This document shows positions 1-10,329 of a stretch of 64,000 nucleotides of DNA, in pieces. Origin of the DNA: a virus (lineage: Duplodnaviria > Caudoviricetes); the IMG/VR virus record IMGVR_UViG_3300049892_000014, positions 40,913-104,912 of that record; one strand, written 5' to 3'. The notes under the pieces are model-generated. The model saw nothing but the letters and a program-made list of their open reading frames with translations. It searched no databases and was not told the origin of the DNA. The translations under genes and the position numbers were made by a program. How positions within the stretch are numbered: position 1 is the first letter of the stretch; every line of letters starts with the position of its first letter.

Positions 1-106
1 GTCTTCAAGAATTTAAAGACCTACCACCTGGTTGCTCTAAAGAGTTGTGGATCTTTTATACTGGCAAGTCTAAACCTACAATAGAAGTCTTCTAGAAGGA
101 GTCTAT

Positions 107-418
107 ATGAAAGCTAAGAAGGTAGTACAACAGCGAGCGCCTAAACTATTAACAGCACCAGAGCGTGAGACTATAGTACGGATTAGCGATGAAGATGACA
201 CATGGACTATAGCCACAGCGTCTCCTAAATACAAGAATAAGTTTATCAAGTTGGGTTGGGCTGGTACTGACATTGACGTGTATAATGGCTATGTTGAGTT
301 CACGGTTCCAGAGAGATGCGTGACCTTCAGGAAGCTGGAAAAGAAAAAGGTCTCTCAAAGCACCAAAGATGCTCTCTTAAAAGCCCGTTTAAGTCGTAAA
401 TCTCTCAATAGCAACTAG
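107..418 (+). CDS. hypothetical basic protein
   Basis: 103 aa ORF with AAGGAG RBS. Confidence 0.7.
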   Translation: MKAKKVVQQRAPKLLTAPERETIVRISDEDDTWTIATASPKYKNKFIKLGWAGTDIDVYNGYVEFTVPERCVTFRKLEKKKVSQSTKDALLKARLSRKSLNSN

Positions 419-434
419 AATTTCGAGGTTAATT

Positions 435-596
435 ATGGTAAAGAGTACCAAAGGTCGGATGCACTGCGGTTATCATCCAAAATACACAGGTAAACGATAT
501 CCTACAAGCGAGTGCCTCGTTTGTCTGGAGATATATTATTTTGAGCAGAAGAAAGATGCGAAAAAGAAAGGGACGGCTAAAAATGTCGGACATTAG
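435..596 (+). CDS. small zinc-finger-like protein (53 aa, below ORF-track cutoff)
   Basis: GAGGT RBS; MVKSTKGRMHCGYHPKY...ECLVC, CxxH/CxxC; fills the gap between neighbours. Confidence 0.55.
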   Translation: MVKSTKGRMHCGYHPKYTGKRYPTSECLVCLEIYYFEQKKDAKKKGTAKNVGH

Positions 597-954
597 AGTG
601 CAAGCCTTCGCAGAGAAGGTGGTGAATAAGGGTGGTGGATGGAAGGGCAAGAAAGAATGGAGGGTTACTAAGGAGGTAATCCAGGGTAAAGAGGAAGACG
701 TTCACGAACAGGTTTACGTAGAGGTAAAGACTAGTGGATCAGACTATATAGTCTATAACTGTCCGGTGTGTCAAAAACGCAACAAAAGATGCGCTTATGA
801 TGCGAAGGTTGAAGATGAGGGAAATGTCCTGGTTTTTAGGTGTAATGGATGCCTAAGAATGGTCGAAGTTAAAAGGCCTATTAACCTAACTATTCCGAGT
901 GAAAACATGGTTCTTACACCTGGGCAATTAAAAGATAGACAAAAGAGAGGTTAA
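583..954 (+). CDS. zinc-ribbon protein
   Basis: CPVC and CNGC pairs; ATG at 583 preferred over TTG at 541. Confidence 0.6.
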   Translation: MSDIRVQAFAEKVVNKGGGWKGKKEWRVTKEVIQGKEEDVHEQVYVEVKTSGSDYIVYNCPVCQKRNKRCAYDAKVEDEGNVLVFRCNGCLRMVEVKRPINLTIPSENMVLTPGQLKDRQKRG

Positions 955-1404
955 ATGATAGAGATCATTGAAGATGGAGACATATTCTTAGAGCCTTCAG
1001 AGATGCTAGTGAATCCAACTAACATGCAAGGTACAATGGGTAAGGGTTTAGCGCTGGAATTTCGTAACAGATTTCCAGGTATTTTTGCACCTTATTATGA
1101 GAAGTGTAAAAATGGCTGGAAATACGGAGAAGTGTTGACATTAAGTAACCCCTCTGAAGAACTTCCTAATTGGATAGTTTGTTACCCTACTAAGCATTCA
1201 TGGAGGAAGCCGTCAAGTATGGACCTGATTGAGAAGAGTATGCACGGCTTATTCGATGAGATTGCTTATACTGGTATTAAGAGTATCTCTATACCTGCTT
1301 TAGGAGCAGGACTAGGTCAGCTACCTTGGGATAAGGTTAAAGCCTACCTACTATCCTGCCCCTTTCCTGAGTTTGTCCACGTGAAGATTTTCGCTCCACG
1401 ATAG
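955..1404 (+). CDS. macrodomain ADP-ribose hydrolase (DarG/Appr-1-p-like)
   Basis: GDIF, VNPTN..GTMGKGLA..F, PTK.SWR, SISIPALGAGLGQL motifs. Confidence 0.9.
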   Translation: MIEIIEDGDIFLEPSEMLVNPTNMQGTMGKGLALEFRNRFPGIFAPYYEKCKNGWKYGEVLTLSNPSEELPNWIVCYPTKHSWRKPSSMDLIEKSMHGLFDEIAYTGIKSISIPALGAGLGQLPWDKVKAYLLSCPFPEFVHVKIFAPR

Positions 1405-1429
1405 TATCCTAACTACTGTCCGTTGTATT

Positions 1430-1477
1430 CCTTAATCCCTCTCTTTAGTACTGACACTACTAAGGAGAGGAATAAGG
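1430..1477. terminator. hairpin between convergent genes
   Basis: CCTTA..CTCTCTTTAGTA / TACTAAGGAGAG..TAAGG inverted repeat at the + / - convergence. Confidence 0.55.
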
Positions 1478-2777
1478 CTACGCCCACCACAAGCAGGATT
1501 CTTTCGATCATACAATCCTTTCTAAGATCCAGCCTCTTTTATTACAGTATCGTTGTACATTATCCAACCACCAACCCTGGAACTTGTAAGTAGTCCCAGG
1601 GTTGTCACAGACTACCTCGCACATAGATTCCCCAAGATTTCTTGATCCTACAGTATTCCGCTCAAGCTTGGTCTCTAACTGCCAAGTGCTAGTAGTGTCG
1701 TCTACCTTGTAGAAGCTCATAGGTCCATCACCCAACGAATATAACGACCAAGTAGACCGAACGACCATCCGATTAACCGAAACATCCATGGTGTCACTAG
1801 GATTATTCCAGCTAAGATCAAAAACATTTGCAACCATTTCAGTATTTCATCCATACCACTCACCTCCATACGGCTAATTACTTTTTGCCAGAACTAGCTA
1901 ATTCACCTATATTTCTAGCGGCGGCACGACAAAATTCAATCCTCTCCCAGCTGGATTTATTCAAGGCTACATTGTCATCAGCTAGCATGGATATCGCATT
2001 ATGATAGATGCACTCCGCTTGATCTACTATTTGCCGTAGAATCTCTTTTGTTACCCTCATAGTTTATCTCCTCACAATAATCTAGCTACATCTTCTGACC
2101 TTGCCTTACTATATAGAAGCTCATTATCACTACGTCCTTGATAATGATATATATCCACCTGTTCATGTCTTCTTAGTTTATATAGAATGGATGGTATGTA
2201 GTCTTGATGGAAGACGATAGTGCCATAATTTTCCTCCTTATCATTTACGCTCCAATCTACTAATCTTATGCTATATTCGATCATCAATCCTCCTTTTCTA
2301 AGTATTTCCTCTTGTATTTACAAAAGGCGCACACTTTGTCGTATGGCGTCCACTCACTGTCACACATACAGTATCCAGAGATAATCTTTTCAGCCTTCTT
2401 GAGCCTCCTTCTTATCTCTGCCAGCTCACGCATTGGAGTCTTTTGATACCTATCAACCCCATACTTGCGACCATCCGGATAGACACACGCTTTCTGTTTA
2501 TGGACACATCTATTCTCCATCTTACATTCATCGCAATTTAACTTCATGGTCAATCCTCTAACATCTTATCTGCTAGCTTATAGGATATTTGCTTAATATC
2601 TTCTACGTCATATACGTTTAATCCAGCAGACAGTATTCCCTGCATCGCCATAGCTGCAAAGTATTGACGCATACTAATCCCACCACATCCACTTGTGTAG
2701 CAGCTTCCTTGTGTGGCATATTCCCCAGTCCACGGAGTAGGGAATGCAGGCAGTTTTCTAGTAGGCATACAACCCTC

Positions 2778-3344
2778 CTATCTATGTATATAAAATAGAA
2801 CATCTACGCCCTCCCAACACAACATGCACCCAGGGCATGATCCTGGACATTCATGTACATTGGCAGCGTGTCTATTCTCCGTGCCGTCCTGAGTCCAAGC
2901 AAAAGCTACATTACTAGGTACTTTAGGCATCTTCATTCCAGGCCACAAACTAAAGAAGATCTTTAGGTTCTTAGGTAGTTTCTTGTAGTTCAACTGGAAC
3001 ATCTTAGTGAAACACAAGAATTGAGTATCGGGATATCTATCTGCTATAGACTTCATATTAGACAGATATCTCTGATTCGGAATATCCCCACCAACATGCC
3101 ACCTAAAGTATTTTGGTTTTACCTTATCAAGATGGCTTTCCACCATTCCGAAATAAGTAACCGGATCGCACTTAGCTAGGTAAGAATTTTGATCCCAAGA
3201 CAATTTAACCGATGGATACATAGCGTAGAACTTCTTAGCATAGCACTTAGATATGCAGGAATTACAATTTTTACAATCCACGCCAGGTATAAGTGATATA
3301 TTAGACACCTTTCCTAGCTTCTTGTTTCCTTTCGATACAGACAT
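2778..3344 (-). CDS. Gp88-like radical-SAM-related Fe-S protein
   Basis: GNKKLG, C-x6-C-x3-CYA, FRWHVGGD, C-terminal CPG.C..C..CW. Confidence 0.75.
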   Translation of the reverse strand: MSVSKGNKKLGKVSNISLIPGVDCKNCNSCISKCYAKKFYAMYPSVKLSWDQNSYLAKCDPVTYFGMVESHLDKVKPKYFRWHVGGDIPNQRYLSNMKSIADRYPDTQFLCFTKMFQLNYKKLPKNLKIFFSLWPGMKMPKVPSNVAFAWTQDGTENRHAANVHECPGSCPGCMLCWEGVDVLFYIHR

Positions 3345-4243
3345 TACTCCCTCCCTTCCCAGGATTCTTGGTTGACTGGATACACTTTAAGACCATTACT
3401 TCTCCACATAGCTACTACCGAAGGCCTATCGTCTACGATAAAGTCAATAGAATCCTTTCCGTATCTAGCTATAATTTTATCAAGGATCTCTTGCTTTACA
3501 ATGGTATCGGCACGATGATCGCCTCCATTGCGCATAAACATGCGAACCGGAGAGACTCCATTACAAATTAGCATATCCTCGGTAAGAATAGCCTCGTCAG
3601 TTCCTCTCCCGCTAACAATAAATGTTGTTGTAGACCGATTCATCACGTAGAACCAGTCTGCAATAGGTCTGTTAATCTTATCAAGCATAGCTTCGTTCTT
3701 TAATGCCGATGGATGAATCCTCTTTCCATTCGCATCAACACGTCCCAATCTATGACTAATATTCATCAGGGTGCCATCTACATCCCATATAGTAATCTTA
3801 GACCTATTGGGATCAAGGTCTGGTAAAAGATTATATCGCAGCGCCATGTTTTCAATCACAGCCCTACCAACCCTTCCGTTCCCCTGCCGCATCCTATCTT
3901 GATATATACAATCGTTCACAGCTGTCGGCATTTCGATTAACTCAAAGACAGAATCGCACATTTCCGCAATACCACGCCACATATCTTCATTCTTCGGGCT
4001 AAGATTTGTGTCGTCAATCACTACGTTAAATCCAAGGCCCAAAGACAGTTCTGCTATGGATTTTTCCGCACGAATAACAACATCCTCTTTCTTTCCAGAC
4101 CATCGAAAATCTTTCCCGAAGATCATCAACCGAAGATCATCTCTATTGAGTCTAACTGCCGTTTTACCATTTCCCACAATCTCCCTAGACTTCGTACTTT
4201 TACCGCTAGCTGGGAGACCCTTCATCATTATAAGTTTTGGCAT
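3344..4243 (-). CDS. pseT: polynucleotide 5'-kinase/3'-phosphatase (T4 PseT-like)
   Basis: P-loop GLPASGKST, NRDDLR; HAD domain DVDGT, SGR, K, DDR. Confidence 0.92.
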   Translation of the reverse strand: MPKLIMMKGLPASGKSTKSREIVGNGKTAVRLNRDDLRLMIFGKDFRWSGKKEDVVIRAEKSIAELSLGLGFNVVIDDTNLSPKNEDMWRGIAEMCDSVFELIEMPTAVNDCIYQDRMRQGNGRVGRAVIENMALRYNLLPDLDPNRSKITIWDVDGTLMNISHRLGRVDANGKRIHPSALKNEAMLDKINRPIADWFYVMNRSTTTFIVSGRGTDEAILTEDMLICNGVSPVRMFMRNGGDHRADTIVKQEILDKIIARYGKDSIDFIVDDRPSVVAMWRSNGLKVYPVNQESWEGRE

Positions 4244-4526
4244 AGTTCACCTCCATTCTTAACATTAGGCGTAATGCTTCCTTGTCAGCTTGACTAGATT
4301 GTATCCACCACCTACAGGCGTATGACGTGGCATCCATAGATGGGTAATCAGTTCCACATCTTATTCTTTGAACATTATACATGAAAAGATTCATATCATC
4401 CATACCTTGTATACGAATAAGATATATTCTTTTTTCCTTGATACTTACTTTGTGATAGATGCGGATGCTCTGTAGCTTGTATACTCCGTCCATATTAATG
4501 TATTCCATGTTATATGTATACATCAC
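4206..4526 (-). CDS. hypothetical protein with shared C-terminal helix
   Basis: SQADKEALRLMLRME motif; overlaps neighbours. Confidence 0.6.
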   Translation of the reverse strand: MMYTYNMEYINMDGVYKLQSIRIYHKVSIKEKRIYLIRIQGMDDMNLFMYNVQRIRCGTDYPSMDATSYACRWWIQSSQADKEALRLMLRMEVNYAKTYNDEGSPS

Positions 4527-6499
4527 AACTCCTTAAATGACGAGATAGCTTCTTCTGGAAGTTGCTTCTTATATTTCAGAACAATCTTCCTTCCTAAAGC
4601 AGCGGCCTTTGGAGTAAGCCTGCCCTGTTGGGCTAAGTTTACACCTAACCTGGTATCGAATTTATTAAACCCTATACCGTCCACAGCTCTAGCTCCATCA
4701 CAAAGGCCAGCTATCATCTTTAATGCTAGGTGAATATCATCTATCTGCCTAGAGGTTAGCTTTTGAGAATCAAGGGTTAATTGATCTGGAGAGACTGATT
4801 CCGTAGCAACTGGCTCGGCGTAGTTTGCGCTTAATTCCTCTAACTTTAACGCCTGTCCTACGGCCAATCCCTTATCCAATGCCTTATCGGCTACGTTCTG
4901 CTTTGTCACTGTACGTTTTGCCATCATAGAGTCTATGCTACCCTCTAATACATAATGCTGACACAGAACGCTAGACAACTGGCCGTATCTGTGTAGTCTA
5001 TCTTCGCATTGAGTGATCCATGCCGGAACCCAATCTTCTTCAGCGAAGACTGCATGACTACAAACTAGCTGAAGCTTATTTAATCCTATACCAGCGGCTT
5101 TAATAGATCCAAGAAAAACACGACAGTTTGGATCTTCTACAAACTTCACCACCGCATCATTCTTCTCGTCTACATCTTGCTCTCCCGTTAGCCTAACGCA
5201 CATACCAGGAAACTGTTCATAGAGTCCGTTAATCATATCGTGGTGGTGAGCGAAGACTACTATCTTTTTATCTGTCCCCTCAAGCATCTCACGGAGATGA
5301 TTGGCTAAGATTGGGAGTTTAAGAATAGCGGTATCATGCCTAACCTTTGCCATTTCCTTAAATGCAATAGCCTGTGAATCTTTAAGCCTGCTAATAGCAT
5401 TATGATAATCCTGCTGATTATCGGAAAGCTTAGCTAGTTCAGCCGCCGCTCTTAATTGACTAATATTCTCCATGCAGTTTTCATAGAACTGTCTCTCTTT
5501 TAAGATACCTGCTAGAGTTTCGTCTTGAGCGGGGATCTCAATAACCTGTCTTATCTTAGGTGGTAGATCTGTTAAAACCTCAGCTTTTGTTCTCCTAATC
5601 ATCACAGTAGATCGAAGTTTCTGCTGTAGTTCTTTAAGATTACTATGACCGGTAAAATCCCAGCCAAACCTACCCTTCTTGCCAGCGGCATATCTTAAGC
5701 CAAACTTAAAGAAGTTATCGTAATTAGCAGGATCTAACCAATTTAAGATAGGAAACAATTCTATAGTTCTGTTAAGAATCGGAGTACCAGTGAGAGCTAT
5801 CATACGATCAGCCCTTAGTGGATCTAAGATCCAAACATTCCTAGCCTTCTTACCTACTACCTGGGTAGTTCTCTGCGCTTTAGGATTTTTACAGAAATGA
5901 CTTTCATCTACGATAACTAGATCCCAATGCCTTTTGCGTACATCTGTAGCAAACTTTTTAAGTATGTCATAGTTGATGATGACAATGTCATCAGCCGGAA
6001 AGCTCTTAGCGCCAATTCCTACGGATAGTTTTCTGGTTAGCCAGTCGTTTAATTCATTTCTCCAGTTAATCTTAAGAGAGTTTGGGCATATGATAAGAAC
6101 TGATTTAATCTCAGGACAGTAGTTAATCACACCAATAGTCTGAGGAGTCTTACCTAATCCCATATCATCGGCTAATAAAGCATGTTTGTGCTTTAATAGA
6201 AAATCTATACCAGCCAACTGAAATGGCCTAAACTCTTTGCCTTCTGGAGTGGGTACGGATATATTACATCCCCTAGACTTACTAGCCTCTATTGTGGTAT
6301 CGTATTGCGTAGACAATGCCTCCAACTCAGCCCTGCAACTACTATCAGCATATCCATATAACTTAGCGGCAATGTGTACGTCCTTGGTATACCAATGCCT
6401 CTTAAGTACATCCCACTTAAATCCAGCCTTCTTAGGCAGATCTTTTTCCTCATATCTAGTGAGAGCTACAAAGGCATCGCCTTCTTTTTGTAACAGCAT
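4523..6499 (-). CDS. SNF2-family (SMARCAL1/HARP-like) helicase/translocase
   Basis: LADDMGLGKT, DESH, LTGTP, GIGLN, QCEDRLHRYGQ. Confidence 0.92.
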   Translation of the reverse strand: MLLQKEGDAFVALTRYEEKDLPKKAGFKWDVLKRHWYTKDVHIAAKLYGYADSSCRAELEALSTQYDTTIEASKSRGCNISVPTPEGKEFRPFQLAGIDFLLKHKHALLADDMGLGKTPQTIGVINYCPEIKSVLIICPNSLKINWRNELNDWLTRKLSVGIGAKSFPADDIVIINYDILKKFATDVRKRHWDLVIVDESHFCKNPKAQRTTQVVGKKARNVWILDPLRADRMIALTGTPILNRTIELFPILNWLDPANYDNFFKFGLRYAAGKKGRFGWDFTGHSNLKELQQKLRSTVMIRRTKAEVLTDLPPKIRQVIEIPAQDETLAGILKERQFYENCMENISQLRAAAELAKLSDNQQDYHNAISRLKDSQAIAFKEMAKVRHDTAILKLPILANHLREMLEGTDKKIVVFAHHHDMINGLYEQFPGMCVRLTGEQDVDEKNDAVVKFVEDPNCRVFLGSIKAAGIGLNKLQLVCSHAVFAEEDWVPAWITQCEDRLHRYGQLSSVLCQHYVLEGSIDSMMAKRTVTKQNVADKALDKGLAVGQALKLEELSANYAEPVATESVSPDQLTLDSQKLTSRQIDDIHLALKMIAGLCDGARAVDGIGFNKFDTRLGVNLAQQGRLTPKAAALGRKIVLKYKKQLPEEAISSFKEL

Positions 6500-6509
6500 G
6501 AATACTCCT

Positions 6510-7085
6510 TTAGAAGTCTAAATTCTTGTCTAGAAATTCCCTAGCTTCTTTGCCAAGTATCTCCTGCGACAGATAAGAGGTTGTTGATGCTATAGACTTA
6601 TGCCCAAGAAACGAAGAAGCTACCTGGATAGAAGTCGCTGAAGCTAATAGCATCGCCACAGACCTACGAAGTGTATGCGTTGAAGCGGCAGAACTATCCG
6701 TACCTTGTGGCATTAGTTTACTTAGTATGTACTTAAATAATTCATGACAATAGGTTCGTCCAATGGGCTTAGATGGATCTAGACCTGGAAAGAGATACTT
6801 ACTTGTACCAACAACCGTAGGTAGGTATTTAATAATCCTCTCCCTAGTTGTATCGTTAATAGACCTCTCTACATACGATCCAGTCTTTTTCATCTTCCTT
6901 CTAATCGACGTGTAGACATTCCCATTCCGATCTACAACGTCCTCTATGAGCAGAGATTTCGCATCGCTAACCCTAAGACCGGTATTGCCCATAATCCTTA
7001 GCAGGACTTCGTCTCTTATAGACCTAGATCCAGCTATATCATACATCTTCTTAATCTGTGCTGCATCTAAAAATATCTTAGACAT
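6510..7085 (-). CDS. tyrosine recombinase, catalytic domain only
   Basis: TGLRVSD, HTLRRS, LGH, TTSY; 191 aa with no N-terminal binding domain. Confidence 0.88.
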   Translation of the reverse strand: MSKIFLDAAQIKKMYDIAGSRSIRDEVLLRIMGNTGLRVSDAKSLLIEDVVDRNGNVYTSIRRKMKKTGSYVERSINDTTRERIIKYLPTVVGTSKYLFPGLDPSKPIGRTYCHELFKYILSKLMPQGTDSSAASTHTLRRSVAMLLASATSIQVASSFLGHKSIASTTSYLSQEILGKEAREFLDKNLDF

Positions 7086-7488
7086 ATCTTGGCCCTCTCA
7101 ATCTTGCTAATAAAGATAATCTGTCTAATTCATCACTAGAACAATTGTATACATATTTAGTTATTTCTATCCTCTGCTCTACAGTTGGGTGATACCCTTC
7201 GTTAAACAAGACATGTCCAGCTTCCTGCATAATTATACATGGCAGAAATGGAGTTCTAGCCTGATACGGATGGTTAATGCTTTTACCCCTAGTGACAAAC
7301 TGGAAAACCATATCACGATCCTTGTCTACTACGGCTCTGTAATATATATAACTCTTCTTTCCATTGTCTGTCAGAGTCATCCTGCGAATACAAGAGTTTC
7401 CCTTAAATTCTGGATGATTATTTTCTGGGTTGACAATAATATCATTTATGGAATATAGCTCAGCCCTTGCTTTACGTTTTTTAACCAT
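7078..7488 (-). CDS. hypothetical protein with shared C-terminal helix
   Basis: ends SSDELDRLSLLARLRG. Confidence 0.65.
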   Translation of the reverse strand: MVKKRKARAELYSINDIIVNPENNHPEFKGNSCIRRMTLTDNGKKSYIYYRAVVDKDRDMVFQFVTRGKSINHPYQARTPFLPCIIMQEAGHVLFNEGYHPTVEQRIEITKYVYNCSSDELDRLSLLARLRGPRYV

Positions 7489-7751
7489 GTTATTTCACTC
7501 CAAAAGTTGACAGTAATCCACGACTAATCTTTTTTCTCCTAACTTTTTTCCCATCCATGGATACAGCTACACTTCTTGCTATTGCCATTCTGTAGACAGA
7601 TTCTATAGAGATAACAATCTCATCTTTGCCACGTTGCTTAAATGCAATATATCCATCAGGTAGGATAGTCATAATGCCATAGTCCGATTTCCTGGGTTCT
7701 ATGCGATTATCCATACTTAGATTAACTCTACGCTTAATCTCTTTTCCATCT

Positions 7752-8120
7752 TTAAGATTGATCACGTTTACCCTCCAAGGTATACATCATCCATGCTAGT
7801 TCCGCTTCTCTACTACACATATTAGCCTCTAAGGCACCTGTATAGCATAGAAAATCAACACACTTATACCATTCAGGATGAGTACGACCTTCAGGATACT
7901 TAAACACAGTCTTCCAAACATAGAAATAAAAATCCATAGGCCATGTTTTACTAATCACCTTCCATCCTCCATTTTCACCTGGCCTATAGAAAACAATATC
8001 ATCAACTTTAGTCTTCCAGTCTTGCGTTCTAATGTACCATCGCTTTTCGCCATTAAGCTCGCAAAGCGTAGGGGGAGTTTCGATAAATTTACCACGCAAT
8101 AGTTTTTTAGCAGCAGCCAT
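7752..8120 (-). CDS. hypothetical protein with shared C-terminal helix
   Basis: ends SREAELAWMMYTLEG. Confidence 0.65.
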   Translation of the reverse strand: MAAAKKLLRGKFIETPPTLCELNGEKRWYIRTQDWKTKVDDIVFYRPGENGGWKVISKTWPMDFYFYVWKTVFKYPEGRTHPEWYKCVDFLCYTGALEANMCSREAELAWMMYTLEGKRDQS

Positions 8121-8945
8121 TTATACCTCCACTAGGTTAAAGGAACTACGATATAATTTCATATCCTTCACGTCCAAAAACTTACTAAATATCTCAGGTT
8201 CATACAGCGATATTTTGAAATCAGAGCTACATAAATACTTGTAGAAATTAGCTCCAAAGGCTATGTTTTCAGTGGTTCCAATATCATTCAAGGCCTCTGT
8301 TAAAGCCTGATAATCTACCGGCTTGTACTTCGCTCTCCCTGCGGCTTCATACGGAAGCAGGACAAAATATTTTATTCTTTCTTTGTATGTTGTGTAGATA
8401 GACTTGAATCGTTCCACACTCTCCGAATCGCTTATGATGATATGCAGATTAGTCTGTACTTTATCATGTAGTAGATCTACCGCATTCATCCAGTAATCAG
8501 CCAAATGAGGATGGCAACTAATAGCCACTCCACCGCATAGCTTGGCTGTATGATTTACAATCTCTTGCGTCAACCCCATCCCATTAGTTGTGTAGTTTGG
8601 GAGAATGCCATAAAAACTAAACAGTCTCAGTATTTCGTTAAAATCTGGATGCTCGTTAGGATTTCCTCCACCAATAGCTACCTGGAACGGTCGTTGGTTG
8701 TAGGTTAATCCAAAAAAGTAACTGTCGAGTTTCTCCAGAGCATTCCTATATCCATCGCATTCGTTTCCGCTATCCTGGTAGCAATACAAGCAATTACCAC
8801 GACAAGCATTAGTAATCTTCACGTCCATAAACTCAGGATATTTTAGATCAGTAATAGGTAGAGATGGATCTAGCTTTATCCGTAATGTTTTTCCACCGAT
8901 AAAGAAAGATTTATAGTTATGCTCTGGAAATACTCGACTTTTCAT
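8121..8945 (-). CDS. radical SAM protein
   Basis: CRGNCLYC (CxxxCxxC), GGGNP..HP, TTNG. Confidence 0.88.
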   Translation of the reverse strand: MKSRVFPEHNYKSFFIGGKTLRIKLDPSLPITDLKYPEFMDVKITNACRGNCLYCYQDSGNECDGYRNALEKLDSYFFGLTYNQRPFQVAIGGGNPNEHPDFNEILRLFSFYGILPNYTTNGMGLTQEIVNHTAKLCGGVAISCHPHLADYWMNAVDLLHDKVQTNLHIIISDSESVERFKSIYTTYKERIKYFVLLPYEAAGRAKYKPVDYQALTEALNDIGTTENIAFGANFYKYLCSSDFKISLYEPEIFSKFLDVKDMKLYRSSFNLVEV

Positions 8946-9406
8946 TAGTTGTTTACCTCCACGGATTCAAACACATTTCTAATTAAGCTAGCTAAGCCAG
9001 AAGGAGTTCCATCTAGGGCAACTATCTCTATATCCCTAGCTAAGCCAGGATTACCTTCATACTTGTGATAATCATCAACAAAGTTCTCGAATAACTTTAA
9101 GGCTTTTTCCTTGTTTTCAGTAAGCCATACCGAAGCCTTCATTGGGTTCAGGTCGCTATTCGACTCCATAAATTCAGGATGCTCACTTTCAAGCCACCAG
9201 GAAAAATCATTCCACGCCTCATCGCTAGGTACTTCGGCTATGGTGTATAAATCATTAAAGGTCTTATCTGATCCAGCTGCCTTCAAGACCTCATTCACGA
9301 TTTTAACCACCATATTCTTAGCATCTGATGATGGAAACGTATAAATCTCAGTCGAACTATTGGTAATAATATCAATAATTGACTGAGGATGTATCCTTAT
9401 CTTCAT
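8945..9406 (-). CDS. acidic hypothetical protein (N-terminal ITNSS motif)
   Basis: DIITNSSTEIY; stop/start coupled to the radical SAM gene. Confidence 0.65.
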   Translation of the reverse strand: MKIRIHPQSIIDIITNSSTEIYTFPSSDAKNMVVKIVNEVLKAAGSDKTFNDLYTIAEVPSDEAWNDFSWWLESEHPEFMESNSDLNPMKASVWLTENKEKALKLFENFVDDYHKYEGNPGLARDIEIVALDGTPSGLASLIRNVFESVEVNN

Positions 9407-9558
9407 AGACTTCCTCCTTCTTTATGGTTATACTAACTTACTAAGACATATCTGTATCCAGATAGGCCACTGCGGCCAGGTTGTCTTAGTCACTCTTTCT
9501 ACTATCCTTATGGTACCGAGAACTATTTTACTAATCATATGTCACCTAACTAATTGCT

Positions 9559-9683
9559 CGCATAGCCAATGTCGGGATTTAAACCCGATCCCTTGACCTA
9601 CACCACATAGCAGGAGTCAAACCGTCTTAGGGTAGAGCTATGTTTCGGATGCTATCACGGCTAGCACGGCGCATTGGCTATGC
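9559..9683 (-). ncRNA. promoter-driven structured ncRNA, family unassigned
   Basis: 12-bp closing stem, two internal hairpins, T-arm-like UCGGG-UUUAAAU-CCCGA; own promoter. Confidence 0.6.
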
Positions 9684-9687
9684 GAAC

Positions 9688-9716
9688 AATATAACCTATT
9701 GTTCACAGATTGTCAA
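9688..9716 (-). promoter_or_regulatory. sigma70-type promoter
   Basis: TTGACA-17 bp-TATATT on the minus strand. Confidence 0.7.
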
Positions 9717-9734
9717 GATCTTTCCGATGCTAGA

Positions 9735-10037
9735 TTATTTCATACCTTCAAGGAGACATTCTAACTTTAGCATATCAAAATCATCCGGTGGAAGTTCCTC
9801 AAAATAAGTAGATAGCTTAGTCTGCCCGATGATATTAGGATGTTGGGACAGCCCTAATTTTTTACATATCCTACTCCATACACAGGGAGATAAAGTAAGA
9901 GTAGTTCCACGTAAAACATTACGCTCCATCATCTCTACGTTTTTAACAGGTCTACTTCTTTGCATATAGTCTACGTTGATCCAGAACATATACTTGCATC
10001 TCCTGGCACGTATCACTCTCTCGTATCTTGTACTCAT
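9735..10037 (-). CDS. hypothetical protein with shared C-terminal helix
   Basis: ends PPDDFDMLKLECLLEG. Confidence 0.65.
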   Translation of the reverse strand: MSTRYERVIRARRCKYMFWINVDYMQRSRPVKNVEMMERNVLRGTTLTLSPCVWSRICKKLGLSQHPNIIGQTKLSTYFEELPPDDFDMLKLECLLEGMK

Positions 10038-10038
10038 G

Positions 10039-10329
10039 TTAATCTCCTTGTAGAATTTCTTGTAGGTGAAACGCTTCCCATTCAGCCTTAGTGAAATTGA
10101 CCAATATCTTTAACCATTTCTTTCTTCTTCGGCTATCATATTGAGTGTTGATCTCAAATGTTTGATAAGATATTGGGTATCCTAGTTGTTTTTTAGCACC
10201 CTTAGACCTAACTATCCATTCGGTTTTCCAGTCGGGCCAATCACCATCTTTCGGATAAGACCAGCTAGATTCATCTACCTGCTTTACAAACTCATAGAAG
10301 TTATGGTTTCTACGATTCTTCCTTTTCAA
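10039..10329 (-). CDS. hypothetical protein with shared C-terminal helix
   Basis: ends TKAEWEAFHLQEILQG. Confidence 0.65.
   Translation of the reverse strand: MKRKNRRNHNFYEFVKQVDESSWSYPKDGDWPDWKTEWIVRSKGAKKQLGYPISYQTFEINTQYDSRRRKKWLKILVNFTKAEWEAFHLQEILQGD

Noticed and set aside
9438-9490. Three-way junction as a hammerhead ribozyme
   Set aside because: No CUGANGA/GAAA core; may instead lie within a 36-aa ORF (9428-9538)
9559-9683. Assignment as tRNA or Y RNA
   Set aside because: No CCA or anticodon arm, Ro-binding helix not convincingly matched, and no Ro60 gene in the window
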